Shown here one piece after another: positions 1 through 9,850 of a stretch of DNA of 64,000 nt. The position numbers and the translations under genes were made by a program. This stretch comes from Gemmatimonas sp. GTDB lineage: Bacteria > Gemmatimonadota > Gemmatimonadetes > Gemmatimonadales > Gemmatimonadaceae. The stretch lies in assembly GCA_031414535.1 (NCBI GenBank), contig JANNVQ010000041.1, positions 53,788-117,787 on the forward strand, in the 5' to 3' direction. Numbering within the stretch: position 1 is the first letter of the stretch; each line of letters starts with the position of its first letter. The notes beneath the pieces were generated by a model. That model was given only the letters and a program-made list of their open reading frames with translations. It did not search any database and was not told where the DNA came from.

Positions 1-1
1 T

Positions 2-211
2 CTGCAACGCGCCCCGGGCGACGACGAGATCGCCGCTGAGGTCGAGGCCCTTATCCAGCGCGATGTGAAGGATGAAGCACAGACCAAGCAGGCCGCGGAC
101 GCCGTACGTATCGATACCACTGCGCTCACGCAGGAAGAGCAGGTCGAGCGCATCGTGGCTATGGCACGCCAGGCAATGCGCGGTGCGCTCTTACCCCCAG
201 TCGCTGACTGA
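2..211 (+). CDS. cmk: Cytidylate kinase, C-terminal fragment (5' end outside window)
   Basis: Frame 2 reads ...LIQRDVKDEAQTKQAADAVRIDTTALTQEEQVERIV..., matching the Cmk C-terminal RDxxD / DAxxIDTT pattern; lies upstream of rpsA; TGA at 209-211. Confidence 0.8.
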   Translation: MQRAPGDDEIAAEVEALIQRDVKDEAQTKQAADAVRIDTTALTQEEQVERIVAMARQAMRGALLPPVAD

Positions 212-275
212 CGCACCTGTCTACTGCTAACCCGCTAGTTGTTCGTACGAGGAAGTGCGGCTACTGACTTTATCG

Positions 276-1724
276 CTACGCAATCTCTTCGCGATGCAGG
301 TCCATGTTGTGCCGCCGCAGCCATCCGGAGTACAACGAGTCTTTCTCGTAGCGGTTCATCACCGCCTTCGTAAACACCACCGCGAGCATGAGCGGCATCA
401 CGAGCTCGAAGTCGTGCGTCATTTCAAACACGAGGAGAATGCCCGTGATAGGCGCGCCGGTCGCCCCCGCGACCATCGCCCCCATGCCCGCGAGTGCGTA
501 GAGGGCAGGGTCCACCTGCGCGGCGGGAAACGCCGACTGCACGAGCACACCGAACGCGCCGCCGGTTGTCGCGCCCACGAAGAGCGCTGGCGTAAACACT
601 CCCCCCGACCCGCCGGCGTTCAACGTCAACGATGTGGCGAGAATCTTTGCGACGGCGAGGCTGATGAGCGTCCACCAAGGCATGCGGCCAAATAGTTCCA
701 GTGGCGCATTCAGATGGCCGTCTCCTGCCGTTGCACCCTGCGTGACAAATGCAATGATGCCAACGAGCATACCGCCGAGCCACGGCAACCAGCGCGCGCT
801 GATGCGACCCGTGCGCACAAACGCATCCACGCCAAAGTACGTGCGCACGAACAACGTGCCCATCAGCGCACAGATGACACCGAGCGCGGGGAGCAGTAGC
901 CCGATTTCCCAACCGCTGAGTGCGCCGAGCTCGCCTGGAACGGGGAACGCCGGACCCGAGCCAAAAATGCCTCGCGCCACCACCGCCGCCACCACCGCCG
1001 CCACCACGACGGGCGAGAAGTATCCGCCAGCAAAGGTGCCGAGTATTTCCTCAAGCGCGAAAAACGCACCGGCGAGCGGTGCATTGAACGCGGCAGAAAT
1101 TGCGCCCGCCGCGCCGCAGGCCACGAGCACACGCAGGCGGCCCGGCTTGAAGCGAAACATTCGCCCAAGCCAAGAACCCAGCGTGGCGCCGATGACGACC
1201 ACTGGCCCCTCTGCGCCGGCCGAACCGCCGCCACCAATCGTGATGGCACTCGCCAGCGTGCGACCAAGCGCAGGGCGAGGGGCGATGCGGCCACCCCGAT
1301 GCTCCACGGCGGCCTGAATATCTGGAACGTTCATGCCGTCGTGTTCGCGCCCCACGATACGCATCGTCCACGATGCCACGGCAAACGTCACGGCAGTCAG
1401 GAGCGGCCGGAACGCGAGGAGGCCCAACTCTGGCAGCACCAGCGCTGGCGCCACCACGAGCGCCGAGTGCGCAAGCGAGATCCCTTTGTAGAAACCCAGC
1501 ACCCCGAGGGCAGCACCGATTCCGATCACCACGGCGAAAGCCACGAGCGTCGGTTCGGCCCCGAGCCGAAGTGCGGTAAAACGCTGTACGAGGTGGTCGC
1601 GACCCGACCGCAGCGCGTGCAGCAGGCGACGTCGGCCCCGGCGCACCCGCGTGCGGACGACCCGGATAGACCGGCTCGAACGTCTCGCCCGAGGCGAGCC
1701 GTCGTCGGGGGGTGGTGCGTTCAT
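276..1724 (-). CDS. ClC family chloride channel / Cl-/H+ antiporter without CBS domains
   Basis: Motifs GGSAGAEGP, AAFNAPLAG, FALEEIL, GGVFTP, APITG, FEMT; many TM segments. Confidence 0.92.
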   Translation of the reverse strand: MNAPPPDDGSPRARRSSRSIRVVRTRVRRGRRRLLHALRSGRDHLVQRFTALRLGAEPTLVAFAVVIGIGAALGVLGFYKGISLAHSALVVAPALVLPELGLLAFRPLLTAVTFAVASWTMRIVGREHDGMNVPDIQAAVEHRGGRIAPRPALGRTLASAITIGGGGSAGAEGPVVVIGATLGSWLGRMFRFKPGRLRVLVACGAAGAISAAFNAPLAGAFFALEEILGTFAGGYFSPVVVAAVVAAVVARGIFGSGPAFPVPGELGALSGWEIGLLLPALGVICALMGTLFVRTYFGVDAFVRTGRISARWLPWLGGMLVGIIAFVTQGATAGDGHLNAPLELFGRMPWWTLISLAVAKILATSLTLNAGGSGGVFTPALFVGATTGGAFGVLVQSAFPAAQVDPALYALAGMGAMVAGATGAPITGILLVFEMTHDFELVMPLMLAVVFTKAVMNRYEKDSLYSGWLRRHNMDLHREEIA

Positions 1725-1765
1725 TGCTCGCGGAATCTAACCCCTTATGCCGCAATGCGTTCTGC

Positions 1766-1794
1766 TTGACCTTGGGGCAGTTGGCTGGTAGCTT
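1766..1794 (+). promoter_or_regulatory. Sigma70-type promoter of rpsA
   Basis: TTGACC-17 bp-TAGCTT with extended -10 (TGG before the hexamer); GGAG SD upstream of ATG 1881. Confidence 0.65.
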
Positions 1795-1880
1795 TACAGG
1801 CTTGCCCGAAATACGGGCCGCGTAGGCCAAACTTCCTTTCCTCGTCCGCGGCGAGCCGAACCCCCGCGTGTGGAGTTGTC

Positions 1881-3671
1881 ATGACCGTAGCCGATATGCT
1901 GAGCCCAGAGGAAATCGCGCGCCAAAAGCGCGATGCCCAGCGCGCCCAGCTCCGCCCCCTCGCCAACCGCCGCCCCGAGCTCTACGACGAAGATGAAATC
2001 TCGTCGGATGAATTCGAAGCGATGATGGAGATGTACAACGGGACCCTCGCTTCCATCGAAGAAGGCGAGATCGTTAAGTCCCGTGTGCTTGAGATTCGCG
2101 AGAACCTCGTCGTGCTCGATATCGGATTCAAGTCCGAAGGCACGATCCCGCTCGAAGAATTCAAGGACATGCCCGAGCTCAAGGTCGGGGACGAAGTCGA
2201 AGTCCTCCTTGAGCACCTCGAAGATTCCGAGGGCTCGGTCGTATTGTCGAAGAAGAAGGCCGACTTCATGCGCGTGTGGGAGCGTATCCGCGTCGCGTAC
2301 GAGTCCGACCAGCCGGTGACCGGCACGCTCGTCAAGAAGATCAAGGGTGGCGTGGTCGTCGACCTCATGGGTGTCGACGCCTTCCTCCCGGGTTCGCAGA
2401 TCGCGCTGCGTCGCGTGCCGAACATCGACGAGCTCCTCGGCCACACCTACGACTTCAAGATCATCAAGCTCAACAAGCGCCGCCGCAACATCGTGGTGTC
2501 GCGCCGTGTGATACTGGAAACCGAGCGCGCCGGCAAGCGTGAGAAGTTGATGAAGGAGTTGGCCAAGGATCAGGTCCGTAAGGGCGTGGTCAAGAACATC
2601 ACGGACTTCGGTGCCTTCATCGATCTCGGCGGTGTTGACGGTCTGCTTCACATCACCGACATGTCCTGGGGCCGCATCTCGCATCCGAGCGAGATGGTCC
2701 ACATCGGCATGGAGCTCGAGATCAAGGTGCTTGATATCGATTGGGAGCGCGAGCGCATCTCGCTCGGCCTCAAGCAGCTGCAGGCGTATCCGTGGAAGGA
2801 TGTGGCGGACAAGTTCCCGGTCGGCACGCGCGTCTCGGGTAAGGTCGTCTCCATCACCAACTACGGCGCCTTCATTGAGCTCGAGCCGGGCATCGAAGGC
2901 CTCGTGCACATCTCCGAGATGAGCTGGACGCGCAACGTCCGTCATCCGTCGAAGCTCGTCAGCATTGGCGAGGCGATTGACGCGGTGGTGCTCAAGGTCG
3001 ATCCGACCGAAGAGAAGATCTCGCTCGGCATGAAGCAGACTGAGCAGGATCCGTGGATGGTGTTGCCGCTCAAGTACCCGGTCGGCACCCGTCTCAACGG
3101 CAAGGTTCGTAACCTGACCTCGTTCGGCGCCTTTGTCGAAATCGAGCCGGGCATCGACGGCCTCATTCACATCTCCGACATGTCCTGGACCAAGCGCGTC
3201 CAGCATCCGTCGGAAGTCGTGAAGAAGGGTGACGCGGTGGACGTGGTGATCCTCAACATTGACGCCGAGAACAAGCGCATCTCGCTCGGCCTCAAGCAAG
3301 CGTCCGAGGATCCGTGGCTGCGCATCGGCGAGACCCTGCCAGTTGGCACGGAAATGCCGGGCAAGGTCGCCCGCCTGATGGACAAGGGCGTGGTCGTGGA
3401 CATCGGCAACGACATCGAAGGCTTCGTGCCGCTCTCGCACCTCAACATCTCGGGCCAGCAGGTCAACAGCTCGGCTGACGTGGCGTGGGAAGCGATGTTG
3501 ATGAACGTGAAGATTCTCGAGATTGACCCGATTCATCGTCGTATCGTGCTGGGCGTGACGGACATTCCGGCTGGTCAGGAGCGTCCGGCGGAGCCGAGCA
3601 AGGTGCACACGGAAGACGAAGAGCTGGCGCCGATTCCGGCTGACCTCGACGCGGTTGTTGACGACGAGTAA
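1881..3671 (+). CDS. rpsA: 30S ribosomal protein S1
   Basis: Six S1 repeats (DIGFKSEG, FGAFIDLGGVDGLLHITDMSW, YGAFIELEPGIEGLVHISEMSW); strong codon bias. Confidence 0.98.
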   Translation: MTVADMLSPEEIARQKRDAQRAQLRPLANRRPELYDEDEISSDEFEAMMEMYNGTLASIEEGEIVKSRVLEIRENLVVLDIGFKSEGTIPLEEFKDMPELKVGDEVEVLLEHLEDSEGSVVLSKKKADFMRVWERIRVAYESDQPVTGTLVKKIKGGVVVDLMGVDAFLPGSQIALRRVPNIDELLGHTYDFKIIKLNKRRRNIVVSRRVILETERAGKREKLMKELAKDQVRKGVVKNITDFGAFIDLGGVDGLLHITDMSWGRISHPSEMVHIGMELEIKVLDIDWERERISLGLKQLQAYPWKDVADKFPVGTRVSGKVVSITNYGAFIELEPGIEGLVHISEMSWTRNVRHPSKLVSIGEAIDAVVLKVDPTEEKISLGMKQTEQDPWMVLPLKYPVGTRLNGKVRNLTSFGAFVEIEPGIDGLIHISDMSWTKRVQHPSEVVKKGDAVDVVILNIDAENKRISLGLKQASEDPWLRIGETLPVGTEMPGKVARLMDKGVVVDIGNDIEGFVPLSHLNISGQQVNSSADVAWEAMLMNVKILEIDPIHRRIVLGVTDIPAGQERPAEPSKVHTEDEELAPIPADLDAVVDDE

Positions 3672-3678
3672 GTAGCGG

Positions 3679-3699
3679 GACGGATGACGGAAGACGAAT
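3679..3699 (+). repeat. Heptamer array GACGGAT-GACGGAA-GACGAAT (solo 5' arm)
   Basis: Three heptamer units just after the rpsA stop. Confidence 0.8.
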
Positions 3700-3706
3700 G
3701 CAAACA

Positions 3707-3744
3707 GCGCCCCGGTTGAGCTTAGGCTCGGCCGGGGCGTTTGT
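3707..3744 (+). terminator. Intrinsic terminator-like hairpin after rpsA
   Basis: GCGCCCCGGTTGAGC-TTAG-GCTCGGCCGGGGCGT followed by TTGT. Confidence 0.7.
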
Positions 3745-3883
3745 CATACTGAGGGCTTAGCACGAAAACCACCCATTCGTGCGATGTGGAGATCCGGCGC
3801 CCACCGCGAGGCTTAGTTGCAGTCCTCCAGCGCGGTCCCGCGCTGCACGTGATTGCTTGGCTTCTCGGTCCCAGGACTTCGAT

Positions 3884-4762
3884 ATGCAGTACACCACTCG
3901 CTCTCTCCTCGCGCTGACGCTCGTTCTCGCGGCATGTACGGACGGCGGCTCCATCACCGGCGCAGACGCAAGCGCCAGCGTGCGGTCCTCCATGCAGTCG
4001 GCACAGTCCAGCGATTTCGCCGTGCTCGCGAACGCGGCCGCCACCTGCACAAACGGCACGATTCTCGGTGACGTCGGCACCAATCAGGCGACACCCACGG
4101 GCTCGTTCACGCAGACCGTTTGCCCCGTGACCGGTTCCATCCACATCGGTGATGGCGCCGCGCAGGGTGCCTATGCCTCGTTCCTCGCTTCCTACGCCGC
4201 CCTCGCGCCAGTTGCTGGCGAGAGCTGCACGATGTTGACCGGCACCTTGGCCGGCGTCACGCTGGCTCCTGGCACGTACTGCTTTGATGCCGCCGCCGCA
4301 CTCACGGGCACGCTGACCCTCGACGGGCCCAGCAACGGCACGTGGATCTTTAAGATCGGCACCAGCGGCACCGGTGCGCTGACCGGCACGAACTTCAACG
4401 TTGTGCTCGCCAACGGCGCCAATGCCTGCAACGTGACCTGGTGGGTGTCGCAGGCCGCGACGCTGACGACCTCGAACTTCCAGGGCAGCATCTGGGCCGG
4501 CGCTGCGATCACCCTCACGGGTGGGAGCTTCAACGGCAACGTCTGGTCGATGGCTGACGTGACGATCACGGGCACCGCGTTGGTTGGTTGCGGTGGCAGC
4601 ACACCGGGCAACGGCAACGGTGGAAACAATGGCAGCAAGTGCAACCAAGGCGTCGGCAACGGCCCCGAGGGTTGCGATCCGGGGAAGTCGAATCGCCGGA
4701 ACCCTTCGAATGACGAACTCGGCGGACTGCCGGGCGAGCCGGGCCGGAAGGGCGGTCGCTAA
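3884..4762 (+). CDS. DUF3494 / ice-binding-like beta-solenoid lipoprotein (292 aa)
   Basis: Lipobox LAAC; DUF3494-type motifs FAVLA, GDVG, LAGVTLAPGTYCF, LTGTLTLDG, WIFKIG, VVLANGANACNVTWWV, AATL, FQGSI; AGGA SD before ATG 3884. Confidence 0.85.
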   Translation: MQYTTRSLLALTLVLAACTDGGSITGADASASVRSSMQSAQSSDFAVLANAAATCTNGTILGDVGTNQATPTGSFTQTVCPVTGSIHIGDGAAQGAYASFLASYAALAPVAGESCTMLTGTLAGVTLAPGTYCFDAAAALTGTLTLDGPSNGTWIFKIGTSGTGALTGTNFNVVLANGANACNVTWWVSQAATLTTSNFQGSIWAGAAITLTGGSFNGNVWSMADVTITGTALVGCGGSTPGNGNGGNNGSKCNQGVGNGPEGCDPGKSNRRNPSNDELGGLPGEPGRKGGR

Positions 4763-4780
4763 GCTCCCGAACGTAAAGTG

Positions 4781-4823
4781 GGGACGTGTCGCCGCCGAGT
4801 GTTGCTCGGTGGCGACACGTCTT
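4781..4823 (+). terminator. Long hairpin after the DUF3494 gene
   Basis: GGGACGTGTCGCCGCCGAG / CTCGGTGGCGACACGTCTT inverted repeat; weak U-tract. Confidence 0.55.
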
Positions 4824-4862
4824 GCGCTGTCAGCGGCCGCGCGCAAACGCTAGTTTTGGCGC

Positions 4863-6413
4863 ATGTCCATGCGCGAAAAACTCGATCTCCTTGCCCAACG
4901 CCGCGCCGAGTCCGAGCTCGGCGGCGGGGCCGACCGCCTGAAGGCCCAGCACGCGAAGGGCAAGCTGTCCGCCCGCGAGCGCCTTGAGGCTCTCCTCGAC
5001 GAAGGCAGCTTCGTCGAACTCGACCGCTTTGTGACGCACCGGAGCAATGACTTCGGCCTCGACAAGCAGCGCCCTTACGGCGACGGGGTGGTCACCGGCT
5101 ACGGCAAGATCCACGGCCGCCTCGTCTATGTGTTCTCGCAGGACTTCACTGTGTTCGGTGGGTCGCTGTCCGAGGCCCATGCCTCCAAAATCTGCAAGGT
5201 GATGGATCTCGCGGTGCAGAACGGCGCCCCGATGATTGGCCTCAACGACTCCGGCGGCGCCCGCATTCAGGAAGGCGTGGTCTCGCTCGGCGGCTACGCC
5301 GAGATCTTCTACCGCAACACGATGGCCAGCGGCGTGATCCCGCAGATCTCGGCCATCCTCGGACCCTGCGCCGGCGGGGCCGTGTACTCGCCAGCCATCA
5401 CGGACTTCGTGTACATGGTGCGCGGCACGTCGTACATGTTCGTGACGGGCCCGAACGTGGTGAAGACGGTCACGCACGAAGACGTGACCATGGAACAGCT
5501 CGGCGGTGCGGACACGCACGGCGGCGCGAGCGGTGTCTCGCACTTCACGGCGGGTACGGAGATTGAGTGCCTCGACGGCATCCGCACGCTGATGCGCTTC
5601 ATCCCGAGCAACAACGTGGATGCAGCACCTCGCGGAGTCGGGGCAGACCCCCGCGACCGCCGCGACGAGGCCTTGCTCGACGTCATTCCGGACTCCGCGA
5701 ATAAGCCCTACGACATTCACGACGTCCTCAAGCGCGTCGTTGACGACGGCGAGTTCCTCGAAGTGCATCGGGACTTCGCGGCGAATATCGTCTGCGGCTT
5801 TGCGCACTTGGGTGGACACTCCGTGGGCATCATCGCCAATCAGCCGGCCGTGCTCGCCGGTGTGCTCGATATCAACGCCAGCGTAAAAGCCGCGCGCTTC
5901 ATCCGCTTCTGCGATGCCTTCAACATTCCGATTGTCACTTTCGAGGATGTGCCCGGCTTCTTGCCAGGAGTCGCCCAGGAGCACGGCGGCATCATTCGCC
6001 ACGGCGCCAAGCTGCTCTATGCCTACTGCGAGGCCACGGTGCCCAAGCTCACCGTGATCACGCGCAAGGCCTACGGCGGCGCGTATGACGTGATGAGCTC
6101 CAAGCACATTCGCGGTGACATTAATCTCGCTTGGCCCACGGCAGAGATCGCGGTGATGGGGCCGAAGGGCGCGGTGGAGATCCTGTTCAAGAAGGAAATC
6201 GCCGACGCCAAGGACCCGCAGGCCGCGATGGATGCGCGCGTAGCGGAGTACACGGACAAGTTTGCGAATCCCTACGTGGCGGCGGCGCACGGCTACGTGG
6301 ACGACATCATCGATCCGCGGGACACGCGTCCGCGCTTGATTGATGCGCTCGATATGCTACAGGGCAAGCGGGCCAAGGTGCCGGCCAAGAAGCACGGCTG
6401 CATTCCACTATGA
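4863..6413 (+). CDS. pccB: Acyl-CoA (propionyl/methylmalonyl-CoA) carboxylase carboxyltransferase beta subunit
   Basis: [56 protein letters not shown]-terminal KKHGCIPL. Confidence 0.92.
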   Translation: MSMREKLDLLAQRRAESELGGGADRLKAQHAKGKLSARERLEALLDEGSFVELDRFVTHRSNDFGLDKQRPYGDGVVTGYGKIHGRLVYVFSQDFTVFGGSLSEAHASKICKVMDLAVQNGAPMIGLNDSGGARIQEGVVSLGGYAEIFYRNTMASGVIPQISAILGPCAGGAVYSPAITDFVYMVRGTSYMFVTGPNVVKTVTHEDVTMEQLGGADTHGGASGVSHFTAGTEIECLDGIRTLMRFIPSNNVDAAPRGVGADPRDRRDEALLDVIPDSANKPYDIHDVLKRVVDDGEFLEVHRDFAANIVCGFAHLGGHSVGIIANQPAVLAGVLDINASVKAARFIRFCDAFNIPIVTFEDVPGFLPGVAQEHGGIIRHGAKLLYAYCEATVPKLTVITRKAYGGAYDVMSSKHIRGDINLAWPTAEIAVMGPKGAVEILFKKEIADAKDPQAAMDARVAEYTDKFANPYVAAAHGYVDDIIDPRDTRPRLIDALDMLQGKRAKVPAKKHGCIPL

Positions 6414-7987
6414 GCAAATCCCCTTCGGTGCGCGAACTCAAGAAAGTCCTCATCGCGAACCGCGGCGAAATTGCGCTGCGCATCATTCGCGCCTGCCGTG
6501 AACTCGGCATCGCGAGCGTGGCGGTGTACTCCGATGCTGATGCGGGCGCGCCGCACGTTCGCGCCGCCGACGAAGCGGTGAACATTGGTCCCGCGCCTGC
6601 GAGCGAGAGCTACCTTCGCGGCGATCGTATCATCGAAGTGGCGAAGCGCGTTGGCGCGCAGGCCATTCATCCGGGCTACGGATTCCTTTCCGAGCGCGAG
6701 TGGTTCGCCAAGGCGGTCGAAGATGCGGGCCTGATTTGGATTGGCCCGCCATCCACGGCCATCGCCGCGATGGGGTCCAAGACCGCGGCACGCACGCTCG
6801 CCATCGCGGCCGGTACGCCAGTAGTGCCGGGAACCACGAAGGCACTCACAGACTCGAAGGAGGCTGAGAAGATTGCACTTGAGTTTGGTCTACCCGTGTT
6901 GCTTAAGGCCGCGGCGGGTGGTGGTGGCAAGGGCATGCGCGTCGTGCGCGAGGTTGGCGAGGTCGCCAATGCGCTAGCCTCGGCGCAGCGTGAAGCGAAG
7001 AATGCCTTCGGCGATGACGCCGTGTACATCGAGAAGTACATCGAAGGCCCGCGGCATGTGGAGATCCAGGTACTCGCGGACCAGTACGGCCACTGCATCT
7101 CACTCGGTGAGCGCGAGTGCAGCATTCAGCGCCGCCATCAGAAGATGGTCGAGGAGGCGCCGAGCGTTGCCGTGAGCCCCGAGTTGCGGAAGCGCATGGG
7201 CGCAGCCGCCGTGGCCGCCGCCAAGGCGGCGGGCTACGTGAGCGCAGGCACCTGCGAGTTTCTGCTCGCCAAGAACGGTGAGTTCTATTTTCTCGAGATG
7301 AACACGCGCATCCAGGTTGAGCATCCGGTCACGGAGCTCGTGATGGGTGTTGACCTCGTGCAATGGCAGCTTCGGATCGCACGCGGAGAGGTGTTGACGC
7401 TCACGGATACGCCAGCGCCCAATGGTTGGGCCATCGAGTGCCGCATCACGAGCGAGGATCCGGCCAACGGATTCCTGCCGAGCACGGGGCGCATCACGCA
7501 CCTGCAGTTGCCGGCGGGGCCGGGCGTGCGCTGGGATGGCGGCATCACCACGGGTTCTGTGGTTGGACTGAACTACGATCCGATGCTCGCCAAGCTCATC
7601 GTGCATGCGCCCACGCGTGAACTCGCGATTCAGCGCATGGAGCGCGCGCTGCGTGAGTTGGTGATCACTGGCGTGGAGACCTCGCGGGAGTTTCATCTGC
7701 GCGTGATGGCGGACGAGGATTATCGCAGCGGCAACGTGACCATTCAGTGGCTTGAAGCCAAGCTGCCGGAGATTCTCGCGCGAAAGCCATCAGCGGAGAC
7801 CACGCTCGCTGCAGCGATTGCCGGCGCCTTGCTCGCGCAGCGTGATCGTGCGGGGCGTCCCGGAACGGGTGTTGCCGCCGCAGCACAAGGTGGCCAGGGC
7901 AGTGCGGCCGCCACGCCCACGGGCAGCGATCCGTCCCGAAGCTCGTGGGCCGCTCTCGCGCGCCGCGAAGGCCTCAGGAACTCGTGA
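6410..7987 (+). CDS. accC: Biotin carboxylase subunit
   Basis: [60 protein letters not shown]. Confidence 0.93.
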   Translation: MSKSPSVRELKKVLIANRGEIALRIIRACRELGIASVAVYSDADAGAPHVRAADEAVNIGPAPASESYLRGDRIIEVAKRVGAQAIHPGYGFLSEREWFAKAVEDAGLIWIGPPSTAIAAMGSKTAARTLAIAAGTPVVPGTTKALTDSKEAEKIALEFGLPVLLKAAAGGGGKGMRVVREVGEVANALASAQREAKNAFGDDAVYIEKYIEGPRHVEIQVLADQYGHCISLGERECSIQRRHQKMVEEAPSVAVSPELRKRMGAAAVAAAKAAGYVSAGTCEFLLAKNGEFYFLEMNTRIQVEHPVTELVMGVDLVQWQLRIARGEVLTLTDTPAPNGWAIECRITSEDPANGFLPSTGRITHLQLPAGPGVRWDGGITTGSVVGLNYDPMLAKLIVHAPTRELAIQRMERALRELVITGVETSREFHLRVMADEDYRSGNVTIQWLEAKLPEILARKPSAETTLAAAIAGALLAQRDRAGRPGTGVAAAAQGGQGSAAATPTGSDPSRSSWAALARREGLRNS

Positions 7988-9216
7988 GTCTCGCCAGCAT
8001 CGAGGTCAGTTCGCTCTCCGCAGGCGGCGATGGCGTCGGACGGCAAGACGGCCTCGTGGTGTTCACCCCGCGCACCGCACCGGGTGACAAGGTGCTCGTC
8101 GAGCTCGACGTGCAGGGACGCATTGGCCGTGGGAAACTGAAGAAGCTCGAACGCGCCGGTGCCGCCCGCATTGCGTCGAGCTGCCCGCACTACGAAGCCC
8201 CGGACCGCTGCGGTGGCTGCCAGTGGCAACACGTGGACATCACGGCGCAACGCGATGCGAAGCGCACCATGGTGCGCGATGCCTTTCAGCGCATCGCCAA
8301 GCGCGATGTGTCCATGCCCAGCATCGTGGCTGGAGAAGAGTGGCGGTACCGACGCTCCCTAACGCTGGCGATCCGTCGCGCTGAGGATGGATCGTTCACG
8401 GCGGGCATGCGCGCGTATGACGATCCCGAGGCGGTGTTCGATCTCCAAGACTGTCTGATTACCGCACCTGCCGTGCTCGACGCGTGGAGAGAAGTGATGG
8501 CGGCCGCGGAGCATTTGCCGCGCGAGGGCCGTCTGCGCGGCACCATGCGCGTGATCAATGAGCACGCCTACTTCACGCTCGAGGGCGGGAAGGACTGGGG
8601 CACGCTCGCCTCGTTTCTCGACGACGCGCCCGGTTTGAGTGCCGTGTGGTGGCACGCTGAGGGCAAGCGCCGCCGACTCGTGGCGGATCGTCGCCCTGTT
8701 GCTGAGCCGGGTGCGAGCTTCGCGCAGGTCAATCCTGAAATCGCCGAGCTCATGCAGGCCTCGGTGGTGGATCGCGTCATGGAGCACGCGCCGAAGCGCG
8801 TCATTGATGCCTTCAGTGGATCTGGCGACACGGCCGTCGCGCTCGCGAGGCTGGGTGCAACGGTTATTGCCATCGAAGCTGATGAGGAAGCGACAGCATA
8901 CGCAGCAACACGACTCGCTGAGCCCTCGCGCGCGATCGCGGCGCGCGTGGAGGATGTCATTGCGGCGAACCTTCCAGCCGATGTGGTGATCCTTAATCCG
9001 CCCCGGGCTGGTGTGGACGCGAAGGTCACTGCGGCAATCCTCAATGCGTCACGCCCGCCCAAGGCTATCATCTACGTGAGTTGTGATCCCGCGACGCTCG
9101 CCCGCGACGTCGGTCGGCTCCCGGGCTGGACCGTGCATTTTATGGAGTGTTTCGACCTCTTCCCGCAGACCTCGCACGTCGAGACCGTCTGCGAGCTGCG
9201 ACCGGAGAACGGATGA
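7984..9216 (+). CDS. RlmD/TrmA-family RNA m5U methyltransferase with TRAM-like N-terminus
   Basis: CPHY..CGGCQWQH Fe-S motif, SFAQVN, DAFSGSG, NPPRAG, YVSCDPATLARD, FDLFPQTSHVE; GTG start overlaps accC stop. Confidence 0.88.
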   Translation: MSLASIEVSSLSAGGDGVGRQDGLVVFTPRTAPGDKVLVELDVQGRIGRGKLKKLERAGAARIASSCPHYEAPDRCGGCQWQHVDITAQRDAKRTMVRDAFQRIAKRDVSMPSIVAGEEWRYRRSLTLAIRRAEDGSFTAGMRAYDDPEAVFDLQDCLITAPAVLDAWREVMAAAEHLPREGRLRGTMRVINEHAYFTLEGGKDWGTLASFLDDAPGLSAVWWHAEGKRRRLVADRRPVAEPGASFAQVNPEIAELMQASVVDRVMEHAPKRVIDAFSGSGDTAVALARLGATVIAIEADEEATAYAATRLAEPSRAIAARVEDVIAANLPADVVILNPPRAGVDAKVTAAILNASRPPKAIIYVSCDPATLARDVGRLPGWTVHFMECFDLFPQTSHVETVCELRPENG

Positions 9217-9713
9217 AGTTCATCGTGGAGATTGGTGGCGAACGCCATGAGGTGGAACTTGAGGATGGCCGCGCCGAGGTCGGCGGGCAGGCCACGACAG
9301 CCGCGCTGCTCGAAGTCGCGGGGTCGCCCGTGCATGTGGTCACCGTTGGCGGCAAGCAGTACCAAGCGGTGGTGAAGCGCGAGGGCCCCAAGGGCAGCTA
9401 TGTGCTGTGGATGGACGGCTGGCGCTTTGAAATCGATGCGCTTGATGCCCGCGCTCGGGCGATCCGGGATTTGAGCGCGGCAGCGGCCGGTGCGCAGGGG
9501 CCAGCGCCGATTGTGGCGCCCATGCCCGGCCTCATTGTCCGCCTACACGTGCAGGTTGGAGATCAGGTGGCAGCCGACCAACCCGTGGTCGTGATGGAGG
9601 CGATGAAGATGGAAAATGAACTGCGCGCCAAGGCAGCGGGTCGTGTGAAGGTCATTCACGCGCAACCTGGAAAGGCGGTCGAGAAGGGGACCGTGCTCGT
9701 GGAGCTCGAGTAG
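9213..9713 (+). CDS. accB: Biotin carboxyl carrier protein
   Basis: APMPG...EAMKMENE biotinylation motif; ATGA overlap with upstream gene. Confidence 0.92.
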   Translation: MKFIVEIGGERHEVELEDGRAEVGGQATTAALLEVAGSPVHVVTVGGKQYQAVVKREGPKGSYVLWMDGWRFEIDALDARARAIRDLSAAAAGAQGPAPIVAPMPGLIVRLHVQVGDQVAADQPVVVMEAMKMENELRAKAAGRVKVIHAQPGKAVEKGTVLVELE

Positions 9714-9721
9714 GCGTCGGC

Positions 9722-9850
9722 TCAGGGCCCAAAGCCTGGGGGTGCCTTCTCGTTCTCGGGAGTCTGCATGACCTTCCAGAAGCACCAGAGGGTGCCGAAC
9801 CAAACCAACACGAGCGAGGAAATCATTGTAATCCAACCAGCGACCGTCAT
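9722..9850 (-). CDS. Small single-TM membrane protein (42 aa), MetS/NSS small-subunit-like
   Basis: MTVAGWITMISSLVLVWFGTLWCFWKVMQTPENEKAPPGFGP; GGAG SD upstream. Confidence 0.65.
   Translation of the reverse strand: MTVAGWITMISSLVLVWFGTLWCFWKVMQTPENEKAPPGFGP

Noticed and set aside
1794..3608. 604-aa antisense ORF over rpsA, and similar long antisense ORFs over pccB, tsf, pnp, purL and others
   Set aside because: Shadow ORFs expected from high GC3 codon bias; no recognisable motifs; they fully overlap well-supported genes
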